Part shown: positions 54,095-64,000 of the stretch, piece after piece | Layout of the letters: each line of letters starts with the position of its first letter | How positions within the stretch are numbered: the first letter of the stretch is position 1 | Source: Octopus vulgaris | Lineage: Eukaryota | Reading direction: 5' to 3' | NCBI GenBank assembly: GCA_951406725.2 | Contig: OX597814.1 | Coordinates: forward strand, 26,102,001 to 26,166,000 | DNA: 64,000 nucleotides | Position numbers and translations under genes: made by a program | Notes under the pieces: model-generated | Database searches by the model: none | Seen by the model: the letters and a program-made list of their open reading frames with translations, nothing else | Told to the model about the DNA's origin: nothing

Positions 54095-55181
54095 GGTGTG
54101 AGAGGAAAAATTAAGTCATAGTTAGTTTCGATGTGATACAAAATAGAGAGTGAGGTGGAGGAAAGAAAATAGATGTAAGATATGTATGGGTATTGAATTT
54201 GTAAATCCACTTTATAGGAATAATGGTATATATGCAATATTCCAATATCCTTTGAGTAAAATCCAAAAGTCCAACAGAGTTTAATATGAGTCCTTCCAAA
54301 TATAGAGTATATAAGCAATGTAAGATTCCATTATGAGTGAGATCCAGCAGATTTTTAAACTTGGTCATTCCCAGTAGGGAATTTATATACAGTGTTGTAG
54401 AGTCAAGGTTTATATTTAAAATGACCTAGAAATAGGGAGTGTATTAGTATGGTTACATTGAAAACAGGAAGAGAGAAATGAAATAAAGAGAAAAAAAGCG
54501 AAAAAGAGGAGAGAACAAAAGAATAAAAGAGAAAGGAGAGAGAAGATTAGTAAAAATAACAAAATGATAAAAAAAATTAAAAAATAAAGAATAAAAATCC
54601 TGAAGATATGAATAAAGGGAATAAAGAAAAACGAAAAAAGAAAAATTAAGGTATAGATCAGTCAGTGGTCAGTGGAGATAATTTGAAAGTAGAAGTGGGG
54701 ATAGAGAGAGAAAGGTATTATAGTGTAAAAGATAGAGGAATGGGGAGGTTTAAGAGATAGAGGAAAGACCAATGTATAGTAGTATCTTCTAATTGTGAGG
54801 CAAAGATATGAAGAATTAAGGAAATAGCAGTTCAGTGTTTAGTAGTCTGAGAAAATATATATGTGAAGATGCATATACATGTATACATCAGATAAGTTAC
54901 ATATACAATCCTTATTCGCATGCGTATGCTCTCATACACGTTCGCTTATACACTCATCTGCGTGTATCATTGCCCCTGCATATGCAGGTATATATACCTT
55001 GCAAGTGTACATATGTTTACATATACCCACATGCATGCATATATGCATACCCTCACTCGTACTTATATACACATGCATGGGTGTGTGCTCGTACATATGA
55101 ATATAATCAGATGGTTGTATATGTGAGAAACTAGACAGGGATTATGAGTTAGAGTGTAAATTTATAGTTTAATGGGATTAC

Positions 55182-55592
55182 CTAAAAATTATTGCGGAAA
55201 TGTACTGTATGGTCATTCTGGCATTTGAATTTGTGGTAGAATTTAAATGTGTGGTAACAGCGGTGGTTGCATGTGCTTAGTGCCTCGTTATGCTTATTAA
55301 GCAGTGTTGGAGAGTTGTGCTTTAATATTTGAAGTGCCTCCTTCAGGCAAAGCTTGCAGATTGAGCGTTGACCTTGGCAGGGAAGTCCTGAGTCCAGTAT
55401 GGACCATGATAGGGTATAGGGTATATTTGCATTTTTGAGATGATGTATGTGGTTGGTGAATGTTGTAGATTTACTATGTTTATCGTATCTAAAAGAGTGG
55501 AGATGAGTGGCATATCATTGCTTAAAATGCTTTGTTGATTCTATGTATATGGCTGTAGCATTGTGTAATAGGTTAAGGACCGTGCATTTGTA
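55182..55592 (-). pseudogene. PLE GIY-YIG endonuclease domain (one in-frame stop)
   Basis: YKCTVLNLLHNATAIYIESTKHFKQ*YATHLHSFRYDKHSKSTTFTNHIHHLKNANIPYTLSWSILD...CKLCLKEALQILKHNSPTLLNKHNEALSTCNHR. Confidence 0.88.
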
Positions 55593-56006
55593 GGGCATAC
55601 GCATGTGAATAAGGATTGTATATGTAACTTATCTGATATATACATGTATATACATCTTCATATATATTTTCTCAGACTACCAAACACTGAACTACTATTT
55701 CCTTAATTCTTCATATCTTTGCCTCACAATTAGAAGCTACTACTACACATTGGTCTTTCCTCTACCTTTTAAACCGCCCCCCATTCCTCTATCTTTTACA
55801 CTATAATACCTTTCTCTCTCCAGCATGACCACAGTCAAATGACTGAAACAAGTAAAAGGATAAAAGAATAAAAAACTATATATGCACACACACACACACA
55901 CACACATACACACATATATTTATGTGTGTGTGTGTATGTGTGTGCATGTGTGTGTGTGATGAATATGTCATGATGTTATGAATTATGTAACTTAGTTATC
56001 ACAGTT
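55592..56006 (+). repeat. Composite inverted duplication (of 54704-54932 and 53444-53624)
   Basis: 55592-55820 is the reverse complement of 54704-54932, and 55818-56006 is the reverse complement of 53444-53624 (microsatellite part differs in length). ctc is shared at the junction. Confidence 0.9.
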
Positions 56007-57075
56007 TAAAAATACCTATATTTTATGCAAATGGTAGATAACAGGGTACATATCACGTATGCATCTTCTACCAAAGCTTCATGAATTAAAATGATTAGAT
56101 GATATTAAACTCTTCCATTTGAATATCTCTTTCTCAGCTACTGATGTACAAGAAAGAATGTGCTTACATTCTTATTTCACTCACAGTGGGGTTTTGTAAT
56201 ATTTAGCTTTATTGCATTTCATCTGATTTAAGATGGGCTGAGTATGAAGTAAATATTATTTAATTAATGACAAGCTGGTAAAATTGCAAGTATGCAAATT
56301 AGCCAATCCATTAGAGTACTTTTCTAATTTAAAAATGCTGACCTTTAATTCTGACCTTGATGGGAGTCTAGGTACATTTCTTCTGAGAGCAACAACACAT
56401 TCTCCATTTCTTTTTAATACTAAATATATGAGTATGTATGTGTGTGCTTATGTTTCATATTTAAAACTCAAAAGTTCTCAGACACTGTTGCAAGGAAGTG
56501 TAAAGACTACAGTGTTATCTTTAAGTGTGCTAAAGCATATGTGTGTGTATATATATATATATACATGGAACAAAAATCTATATATTAGTGTATATGTAAA
56601 GACACACGTATAAATGTGTTTGTGTATATATACATATATAGAGAATATTTTGTTCTATAAATTTAACAAATTTTTTTTTGTATATGTGTGGCATATCCTC
56701 CGTTTATAGTGATGAATATCACCAAGAATCTTAATTGCTATAACAATTTCATCTCTTGGCATTCAACCAGAAAGTGAAGGATTTCAATAATATCTTTCTG
56801 CCAAGTCTTTGAACAAGGCACCGATTCCCTATGAATATTTTCAAGCTCTACTTGTTAACAGATCAAATCCAGGAAAAAAAGATTTGAAAGCCAAAAAGAA
56901 AAAAAGAGAAAAAGAAAATCAAAAACAGAAAGTAAGCAAAATTATCATATATTGATAATTTCTAAGAATTGTTGCAAATTCTAAAATCTAATTTCTTTCC
57001 AAATAATGTCCATCTTATAACAGTTTATATATATGTGTGTGTGGGGTGTGTATATATATACATATATATATATAT

Positions 57076-57113
57076 ACTTACTTGGAAACGGATGTGTAGT
57101 GTTCAATTAAATG

Positions 57114-57152
<39 letters not shown>

Positions 57153-57194
57153 TTACTTGGAAATGGATGTGTAGTGTTCAATTAAATGACAATA
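57076..57194 (+). repeat. 44-bp direct duplication separated by (TA)n
   Basis: acttacttggaaa(c/t)ggatgtgtagtgttcaattaaatgacaata at 57076 and 57151. Confidence 0.9.
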
Positions 57195-57240
57195 AAAAAT
57201 GATATACCTATATATATATATGTATATGCATATATGTGTA

Positions 57241-57815
57241 CAGGACATCACCAACTGTAAACAGCATGAAGTATGAAAACAAACAAGTTGAATATGCAAA
57301 CAACAAGAGAAAATAGAAAACAGGACAAGTAACACAAAGAACGACTCATCATCAGTTGTCAGCTGTCTATCTAATCCTCCTTTCAAGCATTCAACGACAA
57401 TATGACTTCCAAAATAAAACTTTGGATTTATGGAGGGTCAAAGTTGGGAACGAAAACAGGACAGTGGAGACATGCAAGGAAACCAAACAAAAACAAACAA
57501 GGAAGATTGTTAGACCAGAACAACGGGAAAGTAGTGAACACAGGTAGAAATATTTTCTTTGAAAAGATAGAAGAGAGAAATGGAAGACGTCCAGTCCTTA
57601 GAACATCCATGCAGGAAAAAAAAGCTGATCACATGAGGAAAAGAAAGATGGGCGATGGTCACGTGTGAGCAATGAAAAACAGAAAAAGAGAAAGAATGGA
57701 GAGAGATACACAGGTAGAAAATGGTGAAGGAGAGAAAAATGGATTTCTCTCCTTGTTTGCGTATCCAAGTTGTTTGTTTTCGCACTTCATGTCGTTTATA
57801 GTTGGTGACGTCCTG
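57241..57815 (-). mobile_element. 575-bp non-coding element with ~75-bp inverted termini (inverted PLE repeat or MITE)
   Basis: Left caggacatcaccaactgtaaacagcatgaagtatgaaaacaaacaag versus reverse complement of the right end caggacgtcaccaactataaacgacatgaagtgcgaaaacaaacaac. TA at both ends, TA-rich flanks. Confidence 0.8.
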
Positions 57816-57820
57816 TACCA

Positions 57821-57866
<46 letters not shown>

Positions 57867-58239
57867 ACATTAGTAAGGGCATTCAGTCACAGAAACCATA
57901 CCAAAACAGACAATGGAGTTTGGTGCACTCCCCAGGCTTATCAGCTCTTGTCAAACCATCCACCACAAACCGACATGGTAAACAGACGTTACATGATGAT
58001 GATGATAACGATGATATATATGCAAATGTAAATGTATGTGTATGCATATTTATATATGTGTATATTATTATCATCATTGTCATTATTTTACATTAATTTT
58101 CTGGTATGGTCAGATCAGATTGTCACAGTCTGAGTCATTTCTTATTGGATGCTGCTAGATTTATAGACCAGTGTTCATAGAATTCATTTACTTTGGTTTC
58201 TATAACCAGATAAGCTTTGCATCAGCAGCCACATTACAG

Positions 58240-58274
<35 letters not shown>

Positions 58275-58335
58275 AATTATATATATACACATACACACAC
58301 ACGTACATACATACATACATACATACATACATACA

Positions 58336-58367
<32 letters not shown>

Positions 58368-58449
58368 CATGTGTTTTTGTGTCTGTATTTGTCCCACACT
58401 ACTGCTTGACAACTAGTGTTGGTGTGTTTACATCCCTGCCTGACTAGCT

Positions 58450-58640
58450 CCTATGCCAGTGGCACATAAAAAGTACCCACTACACTCTCGGAGTGGTTAG
58501 CATTAGGAAGGGTATCCAGCTGTAGAAACATTGCCAGATCAGATTGGAGCCTGTAGCAGCCGCTGGCTTTCCAGACTTCAGTCAAACTGTCCAACCCATG
58601 CCAGCATGGAAAACGAACGTTAGACGATGATGATGATGAT
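58450..58640 (+). mobile_element. RTE-type 3' tail inserted in a SINE 3' domain
   Basis: cccactacactctcggagtggttagcattaggaagggtatccagctg...gttagacgatgatgatg, following SINE sequence at 58375-58440. Confidence 0.75.
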
Positions 58641-58842
58641 ACACACGCACACATATATATGCTATATGTGTTTTCTCTTTTATTTTGGAGTGTATGTATG
58701 CCAGTACAGGTGTGGATATACAGAAGTATAGTGGTGTGGATTAGCAGGGGTGTGAGATGTTGGTGTGTAATTGCAATTACACCCTGTGTGTGTGTGTGTG
58801 TGTGTATGTCTGTGTGTGTGTGAGTTTGTGTGTGTGTGTGTC

Positions 58843-59126
<284 letters not shown>

Positions 59127-61321
59127 TAGTTATCACCATTGTGACTATTATATTTTATTTTAGCATTTTCCTCGTTGATAGGGGTTGAACAAAATTTATT
59201 GGAACAATATTCTACAACCAGATGCCATTCTTGTTGCCAATCCTTATATGTTTCTCAAGTAAAGTATTTTTATTTTACTGATCTTTCCTGTCAAAGCTAA
59301 CCAAACTGCCAAACTACAACAGACATAAACAAGCTTCGGCATCTTTTACTCAGACAGTGTAAATGTTAAGTAAAAATGTGGAAACTCACACTAACACACA
59401 TACATACATGCACAAATATACAAATATGTTGTTGTTCTTCTTATCCTAATCAAGAAAACATATGTCTGAGGATATTCCAGCTGTTATCATCTCATCATTT
59501 TGTTTTCAAACATCTGAAAGTACACTATGCTACATTTCTTCTCTCTTTTTTAAGAAGGTAGTATATAGGATTTTAATGAAATTTGACTGGTTTTTAGTTG
59601 ATCAAGAGACCATGTAGAGGCTTCCACATCAGCTCAAGAACTAGTTGTTTCATTTGCAAGACTTTTTTGTTTTTTTTTGTTATATCCTTTTATATGTGAG
59701 GTTTTGCTCTTGTTTTTCTTTTGTATGTTGTATATTAACTGACTGCAGGATGCGATGTGTTTAGTGTTGTGTCACAGTATAAAGGACTAATATCATTACT
59801 CCTGTGTGAGAAACAGAAACTACTGGTGTTTCAAAAGTTTAGCTGACAATTCTTGTTTGTTGCTTGGCTATGGAGTGGCAGATTTCTTTCCAATTTCAGA
59901 GTGGCTTCTAACACTTGCCTATAGATTATATATGCCACTTTATGAAAGATTCCAGTGTAGTAGTTTAATCATTTCCTTTCTGAGATTTTTCTTCCTGTGC
60001 ATATTATTTAAAGAACTCTCTCTGTGAGTCTGGATGTACATGTCTGTTTGTGTATGCATATGTGTGTGTAACTGTGTGTGCATGTATGTGTGTTGAATCA
60101 CTGTAAATGCTTACTTGATTTTCTCTGCATGATATCATGATGTTGAACCCCACAGAAGAGATGATGCATACTCGAGACAATACAGCACAACGATGATGGT
60201 GGTGGTGATGGAGCTGCTGTTGCTGTTGCTGGTACTGTTGCTGCTGCTGCTGTTGATGATGGTGGTGGTGGCAGCGGCGGTGGCAATGAGGAGGAGGAGA
60301 ATGTAGCAGTGTAAGAGGAGAAGTTGACGTCAACAATGACAAAGATGATGAGATAATAATAACTACACAGATGACAACAATGATGACGATAATAATGACA
60401 AGGATGAATTCGATGATGATCATTTTGTGGTGCCAGAAAAGTCAAAATTTAGTTTATCCTTATACTGGAATTAATGTATAAATAACATTCTTGACATGTT
60501 GGCTTGAAATTATGCATCCTCTATAAGTAAGTTTAAAACTATTGAAACAAGAATAACATTTACAACAACTAGATATCTTTTATAATATTTAAATTGAAAT
60601 ATGATATTCAAATTGTAATTAGAAAATTTATAATTAAAACTAATGATCTGTGACCTGCATAAAAGAAAATAATTCTAAAAAATAAATTAGCTAATGTTAT
60701 TTAAATATTACAACTGCCGGAGGTCTTAAAAGGAGCAGAAAGGAGACAATGAAGTAATTGCTAAACAATGTAGAATTCAAATAAAACAGTAATCAATTAG
60801 CTAATTTGTGACGGTTCCTTAGCACCAAGACATTCATCATATTTTCACATGATCCAGAATTGTTAATAAATTCCTTAATAACCTAAGAAAAATTGATTAC
60901 AGAATCAAGTTCCATCTCAGCTAGTCATAAGCTCCCAACAAATAACTTGTGAAAGTTGGATTATTATTGAACCAATTAATAACATTTAACAGCTAACAGA
61001 GGCCTCTTTTCAATGCACAATTTTGTTGTGACAATGGCTTTCTAATAAAATCTTCCACTTATCATTATATCCATTGAATTCAATTCAGTTCTGACAATCA
61101 ATCAAAGAGCAATCTTGTTCAGTTGGAACATTCATGTATTTTCAACATCTAACTATATTCTGATGGTAACAACTACATGTAGTGTAGAATAGTGTAAAAA
61201 TTTTTGTTCTCTTTTTCCTGTGTGATAGAAACTATGGACTGTTTGATAAAATAGGTGCATTGCAATCTTAACATCACAGCAGACGTATTTTTCAATTGCT
61301 GTTATGCACATATACATATAG

Positions 61322-61378
<57 letters not shown>

Positions 61379-61394
61379 TTTATATATAGTCTTT

Positions 61395-61986
61395 TTCTTT
61401 TGTTCTTTTGTGTGTTTCAGTCATTTGACTACAGCCATGCTGGAGCAGTGCCTTTAGTCAAAACAAATCAACCCCAGGACTTATTCTTTGTAAGCCTAAT
61501 ACTTATTCTTTCAGTCTCTTTTGCTAAACGGTTAAGTTACGGGGACGTAAAAACACCAACATCGGTTGTCAAGCAATGGAGGAGGGACAAACACAGTCAC
61601 ACTCACAAATACATACATATATATATGTGTGTATATATATATCATCATCATCATCATCATCATCGTTTAACGTCCGCTTTCCATGCTAGCATGGGTTGGA
61701 CGGTTCACCTGGGGTCTGGGAAGCCAGAAGGCTGCACCAGGCCCAGTCTGATCTGGCAGTGTTTCTACAGCTGGATGCCCTTCCTAACGCCAACCACTCC
61801 ATGAGTGTAGTGGGTGCTTTTTACATGACGGGCTTCTTTCAGTTTCTGTCTACCAAATCCATTCACAAAGCTTTGGTTGGCCTGAGGCTACAGCAGAAGA
61901 CACTGACCCAAGGTGCCATGCAGTGGAACTGAAACTGGAACTACGTGGTTGGGAAGCAAGCTTCTTACCGCACAGCCACTCCAGTA

Positions 61987-61988
<2 letters not shown>
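61395..61988 (-). mobile_element. Composite SINE with an RTE tail (61641-61825) in its microsatellite linker
   Basis: SINE 3' domain 61395-61605, RTE tail, SINE head 61826-61988. Confidence 0.85.
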
Positions 61989-62040
<52 letters not shown>

Positions 62041-62346
62041 ATATATGCATATACATGCACATGTACTCACACATATGTTCATATCAACACCTACACACGT
62101 ATATGTACAATTTAAATAGATTTTATCTATTTTATGATACAAAAACTTAAAAGTTCTCAAAATACTTTTTATGTTGGAAGCGTGTTATGTCCAGAATATA
62201 TTTGTCATATGTAAAGTTTATTTAACCAACACTAAAAGTTTTGTGCAATCATCAGCCTTTCTGTTGTTTTCATGAAGTATTTTATATATAGATAAGCAAT
62301 CCTGTTTACATCATAAACAACAACCCCACCAAATACATACATGTGT

Positions 62347-62391
<45 letters not shown>

Positions 62392-63206
62392 AATACACAC
62401 ACACATGCACACATATGATATATCTTTTGGCTCATGAACATACAAGCAGCAGGAATATAAAAGAGTAAGTTGTAAAAATGATATATCAAAGAAAAAATGG
62501 GCAATGCATAAAGAAAGCAAAAATATGAAACAATGTTAGCTGGATCATTCATTCATGGTGTTGATGATGTCTTGCCAAATCCATGGTAGACTAAGAGACA
62601 TAGGCTATATTTCATCCAGATGTAACTTAGGATTCTTGACATTTTAAATTTGTTGTAACCAATGTGGACACATCTCACATGTACCTTTACTTCAGCATTC
62701 AATTTGCATATAAGCTCACAAATGTAGTGTTGAGATCTGGTGTTTTAAATAGGATAACTTTTTTGGTATTAGAAAGCTCTTTGTGTTATGTAGTAAGAAA
62801 GACGTGGTTCAGAGTTTGGATTCTAGAGATTCCTATCACTAGATGGCATTAGTAGTTGTTTGACATGTGACCCTGAGATACCTACTGACAGTATGGAAGA
62901 GTTTCAAACATTGGAATGGATTTCAAAGAGCTTGAAAAAAACTTAGAGTAGCTCCAGTAGTTTCTGCATGGGACAGGGCATTTCTGATATTTATTTCATC
63001 AATTTATTTCATGTATTTCATCTTATTCAGTACAAAACTACATTTGAATCTAGGTTAATTAGAATCAACAAGTTGATGTTGATGACTTACAAATATTTTG
63101 CCTGCAATTCACAAAAAGATGTGACAGTAATTATCATAGGGCCCTTACAAGTCACTCTTATGAATTGCTGAATAATGGTAGCACACTGCCTTCCCCAGCT
63201 TGGTAA

Positions 63207-63426
63207 CCCTTTAGCATTTAAACTGGTCATATCTGATCCAAATATTCTACTTGTTTTATGTTCAAACTAGCCAGATTCAGCCTCTCATACCTAGCCTACG
63301 ATATCATTCTAAAAATGAAAAATCACATTATTGAAACCTTGAAGCTATCGGCTAATGCATGATTAATTCAAAACAATGTGAATAACTAAGCATTACACTT
63401 GACAGAATAATCTGAATGCTAAAGGC
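63207..63426. mobile_element. piggyBac-like MITE
   Basis: TIRs ccctttagcatt / aatgctaaagg, with a degenerate TTAA (gtaa) on the left. ~220 bp, non-coding. Confidence 0.65.
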
Positions 63427-64000
63427 AGATGGTGGTGCAACTTTCACAATGAACACAATGAACTGTCAATAGCTAGATTCATTCTAAATGTGACAACAGC
63501 TGTTTGACAAAACTTCACAAGTCAGCAATCCTCAGACACTGCACAAGTGCATGAAATATGGTTTCATCACTTTGTGCTAATCTCAGACAATCCAACCTGG
63601 TGACACTTTCGCTTCTGAAAATTATACCACAAATTTATAGTGTCCCTTTGTAGCACTCCCAGACTAGGGATTTCTGGAAGTTATCCACCATAGATTCCTC
63701 TTCAAAAGTCCCTCACAACAGACCAGCTATTTCATCTTCATTGATGCCAAGAATTTCTTCAATAGCATGGGGATTCTACATAATGGTTTGTTAGCTATAG
63801 AAACTGTATTTCTGTTCCACAGTATTTAGTGTGAGATCCGGGCAGTAAAATGAATTGCTATGTTTAGCAAAATGAAAGGATTGGTAGGGCTAGATGGGGC
63901 TGGTACTCAGCTTGATAGTTCAAAGACACAAAAGTTATTATAAGAGTGATAGAAGAAACTATGTAAAGAAAAATTGTGTCTGTGAGTTGTGGCAGTAGTG

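Larger units (their letters stand above)
53835..55592 (-). mobile_element. 5'-truncated Penelope-like element (endonuclease, 3' UTR/pLTR with hammerhead)
   Basis: GIY-YIG remnant at 55182-55592, long 3' region, hammerhead at 54043-54094. The 3' end abuts a TA-rich tract and the 5' end carries an inverted copy. Confidence 0.85.

Noticed and set aside
55515-55517. In-frame TGA in the PLE endonuclease as possible selenocysteine
   Set aside because: It falls at the conserved Arg of FKxRY, consistent with CGA-to-TGA decay rather than a Cys position.
56700-56930. Minus-strand polypyrimidine tract followed by a possible exon
   Set aside because: The frames I checked hit stops within about 35 codons, and there is no clear donor site.
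60004-60445. Poly-Q/H and P/S/A-rich ORFs resembling a transcription factor
   Set aside because: Mixed trinucleotide repeat with no folded domain or convincing splice context.

Overview
AT-rich, microsatellite-dense animal non-coding DNA (intronic or intergenic). The repeat mix suggests a cephalopod such as Octopus (inference): RTE LINE tails ending in (GAT)n, tRNA/CORE- and Meta-type SINEs, and very abundant (TA)n/(TATG)n/(GATA)n. I could not support any host protein-coding exon. Nearly all ORFs in the track are microsatellite read-throughs or decayed transposons. Recognisable fossils: one Tc1 (DD34E), two DD37D/maT-like, two mariner and one DUF4817-like Tc1/mariner remnant, a non-autonomous Helitron, a piggyBac-like MITE, many RTE and SINE fragments, and two Penelope-like element (PLE) remnants with GIY-YIG endonuclease. 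The main finding is about nine hammerhead-ribozyme-like cores (CUGAUGA / GAAA / NUH), several clear and some weak. Most lie in short non-coding elements, often next to (TA)n tracts and often with inverted repeats. Examples are a 413-bp insertion with a 13-bp TSD whose 140-bp inverted arms enclose a hammerhead, a ~245-bp element with two tandem hammerheads, and two related elements with the core in permuted (type II) order. There is also a nested double inverted duplication around a PLE and a 107-bp, ~95% identical inverted copy 8 kb away. All coordinates and alignments were read by eye.
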